Origin: an uncultured Candidatus Peribacteria bacterium
Lineage (GTDB): Bacteria > Patescibacteriota > Gracilibacteria > Peribacterales > Peribacteraceae
DNA length: 64,000 bases
NCBI GenBank assembly: GCA_964403335.1
Contig: CAYOFI010000004.1
Span: 36,566-100,565 of the forward strand
Reading direction: 5' to 3'
In this document: positions 41,544-49,400 of the stretch, one piece after another
Layout of the letters: the number at the start of each line of letters is the position of its first letter
Position numbering within the stretch: the first letter of the stretch is position 1
Position numbers and translations under genes: made by a program
The notes under the pieces: generated by a model
The model's input: the letters and a program-made list of their open reading frames with translations, nothing else
Databases searched by the model: none
Told to the model about the DNA's origin: nothing

Positions 41544-42532
41544 AATCCCCATTTCCAGAAATACTGCATCGCACTCCAGAGGTGAATTCTGGCAGTTGGC
41601 TTCGTCAAAAGGCTCCAAAACCCTCCTTCACTCAGACGCGTTTTGCGGTCCGTTGCGTGTACGGAGGGGAAATAGACCACGCGTTTGCCGCTCTTCCAGA
41701 CCCGGCGGCAGAGGTCGGTATCTTCAAAAAACAGGAAAAACCGGGGATCGAAACCCCCGACGGCTTCAAAAAGATCGCTACGGATCAAGAGGCAGGCGCC
41801 GACGGCCCAATCCACGTCCCGTGCTTCACCTCGGTCATTCTTGGCATACAAGTACCGGTCGACCCGGTGCGGGAACAGACGACGGAGCGGCGTGCGTTTT
41901 ACTAACACATCGAACAATGATGGAAAGGCGCGGACAGAGTCACGGATCGTTCCATCGTCATGGACCAGTTGGGGTGCGAGGATGCCGATGGTTGGATCTT
42001 CACGCATGGCCCGAGTCATCTTTTGAAGTCCGTCGGGCTCCAGTGTGTTATCGGGATTGATGATCAGCAGAAATTCGCCCCGCGCCCGCGCGATGCCCTG
42101 CGCGTTGCCTTGTCCGTACCCGAGATTGTCCCGCGTCTCCATGATCTGCACCTTGCCCTGGCCGTCCGCCCTCACGCGGTTGCGCAAGTAGCCGATGGAG
42201 TCATCATCCGAGTGATTGTCGATCAGCAGTATCTCCATCTCCTCCGCCATCGTCTGCAGCAGCAATCCCCGCACGCAATTCCACGTGTCGATGGGACTGC
42301 GGTAATTGAGGACGACGGCGGTGACGGTGGGGCGAGAGGTGATAGAGGGGATAGAGGGAATAGACGCGATAGAGGTTACAACATCAGCCAGGTGCCTAGC
42401 GTCAATGCAAGAAGAATGCGATAGATGCCGAAGACGCTGAACGAGTGCCGTGTCACAAATTTCAAGAACCAGCGGATGCTCAGGATCGCGACGAGGAACG
42501 CGACGAGGGATCCCAGGGCCAGCATCATCCAT
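41522..42532 (-). CDS. Glycosyltransferase family 2 (start codon uncertain)
   Basis: VTAVVLNYRS...LLIDNHSDDDS...IINPDN...FFLFFEDTDLCRR. The only in-frame ATG/GTG/TTG upstream of the catalytic domain is at 42532, which overlaps uppP by 157 nt. Confidence 0.75.
   Translation of the reverse strand: MDDAGPGIPRRVPRRDPEHPLVLEICDTALVQRLRHLSHSSCIDARHLADVVTSIASIPSIPSITSRPTVTAVVLNYRSPIDTWNCVRGLLLQTMAEEMEILLIDNHSDDDSIGYLRNRVRADGQGKVQIMETRDNLGYGQGNAQGIARARGEFLLIINPDNTLEPDGLQKMTRAMREDPTIGILAPQLVHDDGTIRDSVRAFPSLFDVLVKRTPLRRLFPHRVDRYLYAKNDRGEARDVDWAVGACLLIRSDLFEAVGGFDPRFFLFFEDTDLCRRVWKSGKRVVYFPSVHATDRKTRLSEGGFWSLLTKPTARIHLWSAMQYFWKWGFKAKTRD
42341..42375. repeat. Family C nonamer repeats, single arm (GATAGAGGG GATAGAGGG AATAGACGC GATAGAGGT)
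   Basis: These are four tandem 9-mers immediately downstream of the uppP stop. They translate as IASIPSIPSIT in the GT2 frame, and I see no partner arm nearby. Confidence 0.75.
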
Positions 42533-43143
42533 TCATTTCCCGTGAAGTTCGGGGAGGTTTTCAGGAGGTCGAGACCGGTCGCCGCCATCATCGTGGGGAT
42601 CGCCAGCAAGAACGAGAACTCCACGATCGTTTTGCGGTTCACGCCCAGCAGTTCGCCGCCCACGATCGTCGCTGCCGCGCGCGACACCCCCGGCACGATG
42701 GCCAGTGACTGGCACACGCCGATCCAAAACGCCTGCTTCATCGTTACGGGTTTCCCGTCATCCGTTGCCTTGTCTCTTTTTAGATAATCAAACGCGAGGA
42801 GCGCGATGCCTCCTAAAAACAGCGCCCACAGAATCGTCGGAATGCTCTCGAACAAAAATTGCTTGATGAAGTCATGCAGCAGAAAGCCGATGACGGCCGT
42901 GGGGACAAAGGCGACGAACACGCGCAGCAGGAGTTGCCGGTCGATCAAGAGCTTTCGTCCATATAACGCCACGACCGCGAGAATCGCGCCCAGCTGGATG
43001 GCAACCTGGAAGGTTTTGAGAAACTCCGTCTCCGCCAGTCCCATCGCGCGTGCGGCGAGAATGAGGTGGGCGGTGGAGGAGATCGGGAGGAATTCGGTCA
43101 GGCCTTCGATCACTCCCAACAATATGGCATGGAGCATGTTCAT
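42376..43143 (-). CDS. uppP: Undecaprenyl-diphosphate phosphatase (BacA/UppP)
   Basis: LLGVIEGLTEFLPISSTAHLIL ... QSLAIVPGVSRAAATIVGG. Possible starts are at 43167, 43143 and 43137. Confidence 0.9.
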   Translation of the reverse strand: MNMLHAILLGVIEGLTEFLPISSTAHLILAARAMGLAETEFLKTFQVAIQLGAILAVVALYGRKLLIDRQLLLRVFVAFVPTAVIGFLLHDFIKQFLFESIPTILWALFLGGIALLAFDYLKRDKATDDGKPVTMKQAFWIGVCQSLAIVPGVSRAAATIVGGELLGVNRKTIVEFSFLLAIPTMMAATGLDLLKTSPNFTGNEWMMLALGSLVAFLVAILSIRWFLKFVTRHSFSVFGIYRILLALTLGTWLML

Positions 43144-43171
43144 AAGCAGGGGGCAGTATACGTGCAAGACG

Positions 43172-43258
43172 GGAAATCGAGGAAATCAAGGAAATCGAAG
43201 AAATCGAGGAGAAAAATATTCCTCGATTTCTTCGACGTCTTCGATTTCTTCGACGTCC
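43172..43258. repeat. Tandem-nonamer inverted repeat, family B (RGAAATCRA)4 ... reverse complement
   Basis: ggaaatcga ggaaatcaa ggaaatcga agaaatcga gga - gaaaaatatt - cctcgattt cttcgacgt cttcgattt cttcgacgt cc. The element ends 1 nt before the DoxX stop codon. Confidence 0.85.
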
Positions 43259-43663
43259 TTATTTCTTTCCCATCATCGCGTCCAGAGCCATCTTGCCGCC
43301 GCCCATGAAGAGGAGAGCGACGCAGCCGGCGAGGATTACGAGGTCGAACTCCCAGCCCGCTCCGCCTTTGCCGACGAAGGTGCCGAAGGCGTCCAGCGCG
43401 GCTTGGCCGAAGCCGGTCATCTTCATGTAGATGGCGCCGAGCATGATGATGCCGAGGCCCAGCGCGGCCCACTGCGTGAGAAGGCCGAGGATCATGGCCA
43501 GTCCGCCCAGCGGTTCGGCGATGGCGACGACGGTCATGTACCACGGAGCCTGGGGATTGAGAGGCCACTTGGCGAGGCCGTGATAGAGAAAGACGGCGCC
43601 GATGGCCAGACGGAGAGCGAGGAGCCCCCAGTCGGAGTGGCGCTTGAGCGAAACGAGAGTCAT
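43259..43663 (-). CDS. DoxX family membrane protein
   Basis: WGLLALRLAIGAVFLYHGLAKW... and four TM helices. The start is set at the ATG at 43663. Confidence 0.8.
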   Translation of the reverse strand: MTLVSLKRHSDWGLLALRLAIGAVFLYHGLAKWPLNPQAPWYMTVVAIAEPLGGLAMILGLLTQWAALGLGIIMLGAIYMKMTGFGQAALDAFGTFVGKGGAGWEFDLVILAGCVALLFMGGGKMALDAMMGKK

Positions 43664-43712
43664 GCGAAAAAGGGGAAGAATTGTTCTGCAGTATACCCAG
43701 AGCCAACTATTC

Positions 43713-44756
43713 TTAGACGCACTCTTGCAACAAACGCAACACGGCTGCTTCACCCGCTTTCAGGCCGCTGCGTCGGTGACGCACCCCGTGCAATTTGTGT
43801 TGCAGAGATTTGTTGGAGTAGCAGTCCAGGATGAAGGGATGCACGTAGCTCTTGCGGCAGACGGCGGGCGTATTGCCCAGCTTGGCCGAGACGTCCGTGA
43901 TGGCGCGGACGATGTTGCGCGTGATCTCTTTATTGGAGGCAGTCGGCGGAAATTGCGCCAGGAGCAACGCGGCGTGGACCGTGCCGGCCCATGTGCGGAA
44001 ATCCTTCGCCGTGATTTCCGTGCCGGCGATCTCGCGCAGATACGCGTTCACGTCCTCCGCGCGCACGTCGCGGATATCGCCTTTGTCGTCGATGTATTCC
44101 AATAAATCCTCCCCCGGCAGATCCCGGCAGGAGCGCAGCACGCGCGCCAAGATTTTGTCTTGGATGGAGATGTCATGGTCCTTGCCGGACTTTCCGCGGA
44201 AGCAGAACCGCACGGTGGCGGCGGAGATGTGCGCGTGGGAATTGCGCATCGTCGTCAGGCCGAACGAATCGTTTTCCTCGGCATACTCGTCGTTGCCGAT
44301 GCGAATAAGCGTTTCTTCCAGCAGGCGCACGGCGAGTGCCAAGACTTTTTGGCGGTCGAGAGCCGGGCGGCGCAGGTCTCGGCGCACGCGGCGGCGGATG
44401 CGCGGGAGAACTTCGCCGAACGGTACCATCTTGTGGTACTTGGTTTGATCGCGCGTCTTTCTCCATTGCGCGTGGTAGCGGTACTGCAGGCGTCCGCGTT
44501 TGTCGCGGCCCGTCGCTTGCAAGTGACCTTTGGGGTCCGTGCAAATCCAGACATCCGTCCACGCCGGCGGCAGGACCAGAGACCGGATGCGCTTCAGTGT
44601 CGCGGCGTCGCGCACGCGTTTGCCGTGTTGATCGCGGTAATAGACGTGTTTCAAAAACCGCACGCGCTTGATGCCCGGCGCGTGGGGGTCGCAATAGTGC
44701 AATCCCGCCTGGCGGGCGGAGAGTTCGGGTGTGGTGCGGATGGGTTTGGTGTGCAT
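43713..44756 (-). CDS. DNA topoisomerase IB (bacterial, poxvirus-like)
   Basis: GIKRVRFLKHVYYRDQHGKRVRDAATLKRIRSLVLPPAWTDVWI...GHLQATGRDKRGRLQYRYH...RFCFRGKSGK...TAKDFRTWAGT...CRKSYVHP. Confidence 0.88.
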   Translation of the reverse strand: MHTKPIRTTPELSARQAGLHYCDPHAPGIKRVRFLKHVYYRDQHGKRVRDAATLKRIRSLVLPPAWTDVWICTDPKGHLQATGRDKRGRLQYRYHAQWRKTRDQTKYHKMVPFGEVLPRIRRRVRRDLRRPALDRQKVLALAVRLLEETLIRIGNDEYAEENDSFGLTTMRNSHAHISAATVRFCFRGKSGKDHDISIQDKILARVLRSCRDLPGEDLLEYIDDKGDIRDVRAEDVNAYLREIAGTEITAKDFRTWAGTVHAALLLAQFPPTASNKEITRNIVRAITDVSAKLGNTPAVCRKSYVHPFILDCYSNKSLQHKLHGVRHRRSGLKAGEAAVLRLLQECV

Positions 44757-44806
44757 GGCAAAACTTCGGGACAGTATAACAGAAAATGTCCGTATTGGCC
44801 AATACG

Positions 44807-44845
44807 CGCCCGTAGGGGCGTGCGAATCGCACGCCCCTACGGGCG
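44807..44845. terminator. Perfect 18-bp GC-rich palindrome (REP-like) after the histidine kinase stop
   Basis: cgcccgtaggggcgtgcg - aat - cgcacgcccctacgggcg. Confidence 0.8.
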
Positions 44846-44850
44846 ATGGC

Positions 44851-46110
44851 TTACGACGCTACGGACGGAATGGTCAATGTAAACGTCGTGCCTTTGCCTT
44901 CGACCGATACGAAGCCGATGGAGCCCTTGAGCAGACGGACGAGGAGAGAGACCAGATAGAGGCCCAGCCCCGTGCCTTCGGTATCCGTCGCGGTGATGTT
45001 GTCGGCGCGGAAGAATTTGCGGAAGATTTTCTCCTGCTGGTGTAACGGGATGCCGTGGCCGTTGTCTTCCACTTCGATCGTGACCGTCTCGTGACGCAGC
45101 TCGCCGCGCAGAATGATTTTTCCGCCCGGAGGGGTGTACTTGATGGCGTTGGTGTACAAGTTTTGCAGGATCTCCGTGAGGATGTGCGGGTCGGTGCGGA
45201 TGGTTAGGTTCGGCGGGCAATCGAGCGACACCGTTTGCTGGCGCGACTCGGACATTTCCCGGCAATCCACGCGGATGTCATTGAGCAGTGCGCCCAGTTT
45301 GACGTCGCTGACTTCCATGCGGATTTTGCCGGCCTCGATGCGCGAGATGGCCAGCATCGTATCGATGGTGTGGGCCATGCGCGTGGCGGCCACTTTGCTT
45401 TCCGTGATGAGCGCCGCTTCCGGCGCCGTGATTTTCCCCGCAAGCGCGCGCCCGAGCCGTCCCAATCCCCACCGGATCATCGTGAGCGGCGTGCGCAATT
45501 GGTGCGAGGCCAGCGACATGAATTCGGACTTGGACGCATCCACCCGGCGTTCTTTGGTGATGTCGCGATAGAGGAGCAGATACCCGCGCGCCGCGTTCTC
45601 CGCCAGAATGCGGACACACGTGCGGTGGATGGTGCGCCCGTCGCGCATGCGGAATTCCCGTTCGCTGTGCAGGTCACTGCCCCGCAAAATCCCGTGCACG
45701 GCCCGGACGTACCCGATGGGATCATCCGTTTCCTGCGCCACGCGCGTGAAGTACGCGTCGCTCTTCAGGCCCAGCAGGTCCTGCGGCGTGCAATGCAGGT
45801 CCAACAGATCGCAGCACTTTTGGTTGGCGTGAATGATGATGCCGTGTTCGTCGATGACTGCGGCTCCCAACGGCAAACTGTCGATCGTGGCTTCCAGGCG
45901 CCTGAAGTTGGCTTGATGGTGTTCTTCGGCCAGTTTCCGTTCCAGGATTTTTTGTTCCAGCGCGGTGTTCATCCGTTGCAGTTCATCAGTGCGGTCTTCC
46001 AGCACGTGAATGTTGCCGTGTCCGCAGCGCGGCAAACGGGAGAACAGAATGGCGATGGCGACGAAGCCCAGGCCGATAAGGATATCCGCGATGGCGTGGA
46101 ACGACGGCAC
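44851..46110 (-). CDS. Sensor histidine kinase (TM anchor, coiled coil, PAS, HisKA, HATPase_c)
   Basis: It has the H-box SHQLRTPLTMIRW, an N-box LQNLYTNAIKY, and G-boxes VEDNGHGIP and GTGLGLYLV. No response regulator is adjacent. Confidence 0.9.
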   Translation of the reverse strand: MPSFHAIADILIGLGFVAIAILFSRLPRCGHGNIHVLEDRTDELQRMNTALEQKILERKLAEEHHQANFRRLEATIDSLPLGAAVIDEHGIIIHANQKCCDLLDLHCTPQDLLGLKSDAYFTRVAQETDDPIGYVRAVHGILRGSDLHSEREFRMRDGRTIHRTCVRILAENAARGYLLLYRDITKERRVDASKSEFMSLASHQLRTPLTMIRWGLGRLGRALAGKITAPEAALITESKVAATRMAHTIDTMLAISRIEAGKIRMEVSDVKLGALLNDIRVDCREMSESRQQTVSLDCPPNLTIRTDPHILTEILQNLYTNAIKYTPPGGKIILRGELRHETVTIEVEDNGHGIPLHQQEKIFRKFFRADNITATDTEGTGLGLYLVSLLVRLLKGSIGFVSVEGKGTTFTLTIPSVAS

Positions 46111-46168
46111 AGAGGGGGACGGTACACAACAATACGGATTCCATTCCAGTGAATCGCGGCAAAGGGTC

Positions 46169-46513
46169 TTACGCCTTATCGATCATATCGCGCGCGGCTG
46201 AGCCCGCGTCCGCCGCCGCCGCCTGGAGGGTTTCTTCCGTCTGCGACACGGCTTGTTTGGCGCGCTTCTTTCCTTTTTTCACCAACTCACGCTCGCTGCG
46301 TTCTGCATGCAGAAAATCGCGCAGATGATGGCCGAAGCGTTTGCTGTCTTTCTGCACGTGGTCGCCCAAGGTCTGCAGGGCCTCGCCCGCGGACTGGGAT
46401 TTGGACAGCTCTTTGCGGAGCCGCGGATGGCGTGCCATATACAGCGCAAGCGCGCCGCTGACGGCGCCGAACAGGCCCGCGGCATATAGTTGGGATTTGG
46501 TGGGTCGCTTCAT
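46169..46513 (-). CDS. YtxH-like general stress protein
   Basis: An N-terminal anchor LYAAGLFGAVSGALALYMA is followed by a charged helical region. Confidence 0.5.
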   Translation of the reverse strand: MKRPTKSQLYAAGLFGAVSGALALYMARHPRLRKELSKSQSAGEALQTLGDHVQKDSKRFGHHLRDFLHAERSERELVKKGKKRAKQAVSQTEETLQAAAADAGSAARDMIDKA

Positions 46514-46583
46514 GGGGTAGGGGGGAAGACGGCATGGATGACGTGCATGTGCACACCGTCTTACGTCGACAATATGCCGTACA

Positions 46584-46739
46584 TCATGCGGAACGTTTCC
46601 GGCCGCGCGCCATGCCGCCCTTGCGGCCGATGCGACTGAAGAATTCGCGGCCGTGGATGGCGGCAGTCGCCCGTCCGCCTTTCATGCCCGCCTTGCTGCG
46701 TCCGGTGCGTCCTTTGTGCTGCTCCGTGTCGGGTGCCAT
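46584..46739 (-). CDS. KGG-repeat general stress mini-protein (51 aa, below the ORF-track cutoff)
   Basis: Hand translation gives MAPDTEQHKGRTGRSKAGMKGGRATAAIHGREFFSRIGRKGGMARGRKRSA*, with two xAG/IGxKGGxA repeats like YciG/GsiB-type KGG proteins. Confidence 0.55.
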   Translation of the reverse strand: MAPDTEQHKGRTGRSKAGMKGGRATAAIHGREFFSRIGRKGGMARGRKRSA

Positions 46740-46814
46740 AGGGAAAAAGGGAAGAGAGTAGAAGAGATATGTGCCGCGACGTTCGCCGAAGAGGGGACTT
46801 ACAAGTTTTACTAA

Positions 46815-46901
46815 GGAAATCGAGGACTTCGAAGACTTCGAAGAAATCGAGGAGTACTTCCATTCCTCGATTTCTTCGATTTCCTAGATTTCTTCGATTT
46901 C
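46815..46901. repeat. Tandem-nonamer inverted repeat, family B
   Basis: ggaaatcga ggacttcga agacttcga agaaatcga gga - gtacttccatt - cctcgattt cttcgattt cctagattt cttcgattt c. The element ends 2 nt before the matrixin stop codon. Confidence 0.85.
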
Positions 46902-46903
46902 TT

Positions 46904-47797
46904 TCACCACTTGCACACTTCCACCATTTGCATCCGATCCGTCTCCGTCAGCTCACTGTTCTCCCCCGTATGCAGCCGGTACATGATCGATTGCGGATCC
47001 TCCGTGTGTTGCAGCCCCAGTGCGTGGCCGAACTCGTGAAGAAGCAAGCTTTGCAGTTCCGATACATCGTCGAACGCGAACACATCGATTCTCTCCTTGC
47101 CGTTTTCCCGTACAAATACCCCCGCCTCGTATTCGGCCCCGACACTTTGGCCGATGGTGTTGAAAGTCTCGATGGATTCATTTTGTCGTGCGGCCAGCGT
47201 ATTCAAGACCGAGACGATGCCGTTGAGCTCGGTACGCTTTTCTTCCAAGGTCTTCCCTTGCGCTTGCAATTGGGGGATGAACGCATTGATTGATTGAGCC
47301 TCTTTCGCAAAAACCGCGGACTCTTCAGGGGTGAAGCCATCGGCTTCGGCAACCGCAAGGCGCGCCGCAAAATCCTTCTTCCGCCGGTCAAAATCCTCGC
47401 CCGCCTTTGCATACGCCGCGGCTTGCGCATCGAATGTTTTTTTGACGGATTCGTAGCGTGCTTTCACGTCTTGATAGGACTGTTCTCCCTCATCCAACTC
47501 GATTCCCAATTCTTTCAGCGCATCGGCTGCTTTCTGCCGTTCGTCGTAGACGGCGGACACCGGGAAACCCGCGGGATCTTCCCGGAAGAGCTCACGCCCG
47601 CCGGATGCATTCCATTGCGCGGCCGCATCGGTCATCGCCTGATGAAACGCCGCATCGCTGATGTGAAAACGCGGATCCAGGGTACCCGCGTGGTACAACA
47701 CCGGCCGGTTGCAGGGCAGCAGGTACCGGTAGGCCGTCACTCCCGCGTAGCCCAGGAGACCGAGAGCCAGGAGCCATGCGAAGAGACGTTGCATCAT
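46904..47797 (-). CDS. Matrixin-like (M10) zinc metalloprotease, secreted
   Basis: It has a signal peptide, a coiled central region and HEFGHALGLQHTEDPQSIMY (HExxHxxGxxH plus Met-turn). Confidence 0.85.
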   Translation of the reverse strand: MMQRLFAWLLALGLLGYAGVTAYRYLLPCNRPVLYHAGTLDPRFHISDAAFHQAMTDAAAQWNASGGRELFREDPAGFPVSAVYDERQKAADALKELGIELDEGEQSYQDVKARYESVKKTFDAQAAAYAKAGEDFDRRKKDFAARLAVAEADGFTPEESAVFAKEAQSINAFIPQLQAQGKTLEEKRTELNGIVSVLNTLAARQNESIETFNTIGQSVGAEYEAGVFVRENGKERIDVFAFDDVSELQSLLLHEFGHALGLQHTEDPQSIMYRLHTGENSELTETDRMQMVEVCKW

Positions 47798-47835
47798 GAG
47801 GCCGTATTATATCGCATTCCAACTGCCCTCACCCC

Positions 47836-47886
47836 CGCCTCTCCCCTGCCTGCCCTGAGCTCAGTCGAATGGGCGGGGGAGAGGCG
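47836..47886. repeat. GC-rich REP-like hairpin after the pilin-like gene
   Basis: cgcctctcccc (47836-47846) pairs with ggggagaggcg (47876-47886). The 29-nt loop contains the palindrome ctgagctcag. Confidence 0.7.
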
Positions 47887-47903
47887 TAGAGGAAAATTGT
47901 TTT

Positions 47904-49304
47904 TCATTGAATGTTAAACGACCCGTTCCCGCTCAGCGTCAAATTCTTCCCGACGATCAGCGACCCAAGAACGTTCCCCGCACCGTTGCCGCTGATGGTG
48001 ATGGTCGCGTTCGGCGCGTACACGGCTCCGCGGATGCTCATGCTGCCGTTGCCGGACAGACTCATGGCGGTGGTGAGCGTGGGGTCTTGGAAGAGCATGA
48101 CGCCTGCGTAGGCGCCGCCGCTTTGCGGACGCAAGGACATCGCGCCGTTGCCGCTGAGAGAAATGGCTCCGTTGGTGGTGTAGATCGTCACGCCGCTGCC
48201 GGAGATTTGGCCGTTGCCGGACACTGTCAGGCCGCCGTTGAGATAGTAGAACCCGGGATTGAGCGTGAGGCGGCCGTTGCCGGTGACGGATATGCCTTTG
48301 TAGGTGTTGGGAGCCAGCGTGACCGCGGCATTGCCGGATACCGTCACTTTAGAAAGCTGCGTGGCGTTGGGCGTGGGCACGGGGAGCGATGCCAGAGGGT
48401 CGGACACCGCTGCCGATCCGCCATGTGCGGTGCCGGAGATGATGCCGTTGCCGCTGACCGAGGTGCCGGGGTTGCCGACGATATAGAAGTGCGAACTGGT
48501 CACATGACCGTTCCCGGATACGGTAATTGCGGTGCTGTTGGAAGAATTCACGTACACGTTTCCGGTGCTGCCCACCGTGATGTTGCCGTTGCCGGATATG
48601 TTCATGGAGCCCGCGCCGCTCGTCGCCAGCAGATAGATGCCTTTGGTGCTGACTGCGGGCGGAGTGGCTCCGCCTCCGCCTGCGGCGGACGATGCCGCTC
48701 CCGCCGATGATGCGGCCCCTGCCGAACTTGTTCCCTGGCCTGCCACGCATGCGCCCTGGTAATCGCCCTGTGCCAAATAGCTGGAGACCAAAGCATCGGA
48801 CACGTAAATGGTGTCCCACGCGCCACCCGCATACTGGTGGCAAATGGCGACCAGATCGGACAGATTCACCGGCGAACCGCCGTTATCCAACTGCAGATCG
48901 ACTGTCACCTGCGCGCCTTCATTTCCCACCAATGTCACCACGCTGCCCGGGGCGTTGGGCGTGCCCGTGATTTTCTCGAACCATACTTCCGACGTTTCCG
49001 TGGGTTCCACCGTCACCGGATACGGGAAGCTTTCGTCAAAGTTCGGATCACGGTTTTCGTACGAATCGCCTTTGAAGAGAACGCCATGCTCGAACGAAAA
49101 TCCCCACGGCGAATCCTGGTACCCCGATTGGGCCAACGTGCGGGCGCGGCTCACGCCCTGCGTGACGATGGAACTGGCGTTCGACAGGTCGCTGCGCACT
49201 TGGTACTGCCGGTAGAGCGGAATCATGATCACGGCGATCGCGGAGAGGATCGCGATGATCAAGAGCGCCTCAATGAGCGTGAACGCGGAGCGGCGGGACA
49301 GCAT
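47904..49304 (-). CDS. Prepilin-type N-terminal domain protein with a C-terminal beta-helix-like (SGNG)n repeat domain
   Basis: It has MLSRRSA|FTLIEALLIIAILSAIAVIMI (class III signal) and about 10 repeats of [ILV][ST]GNG..[ST]. spaced roughly 20-25 aa apart. Confidence 0.8.
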   Translation of the reverse strand: MLSRRSAFTLIEALLIIAILSAIAVIMIPLYRQYQVRSDLSNASSIVTQGVSRARTLAQSGYQDSPWGFSFEHGVLFKGDSYENRDPNFDESFPYPVTVEPTETSEVWFEKITGTPNAPGSVVTLVGNEGAQVTVDLQLDNGGSPVNLSDLVAICHQYAGGAWDTIYVSDALVSSYLAQGDYQGACVAGQGTSSAGAASSAGAASSAAGGGGATPPAVSTKGIYLLATSGAGSMNISGNGNITVGSTGNVYVNSSNSTAITVSGNGHVTSSHFYIVGNPGTSVSGNGIISGTAHGGSAAVSDPLASLPVPTPNATQLSKVTVSGNAAVTLAPNTYKGISVTGNGRLTLNPGFYYLNGGLTVSGNGQISGSGVTIYTTNGAISLSGNGAMSLRPQSGGAYAGVMLFQDPTLTTAMSLSGNGSMSIRGAVYAPNATITISGNGAGNVLGSLIVGKNLTLSGNGSFNIQ

Positions 49305-49400
49305 AGTGGCAGGAAGAAAGAGACGGAGGGAGTGCTTCGCATCGTACTCTGCGGGGATTTCGGGGTGCAATCGACGGAAGAGCGTTGTGGTTGTCCATTC

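Noticed and set aside
45235-46152. 305-aa plus-strand ORF over the histidine kinase. Similar cases are 47907-48710, 49539-50384, 52263-53333 and 55238-56011.
   Set aside because: All are antisense to genes with clear family signatures, so I treat them as GC-rich antisense artefacts.
46561-46863. 100-aa minus-strand ORF
   Set aside because: Its N-terminus is encoded by the family B repeat arm and its body is Arg/His/Gly-rich. A different frame yields a convincing KGG-repeat mini-protein.
1761-46901. The tandem-repeat loci considered as CRISPR arrays
   Set aside because: The units are contiguous 7-9-mers without spacers. Each array has only 3-4 units and is paired with an inverted copy, and no cas genes are present.
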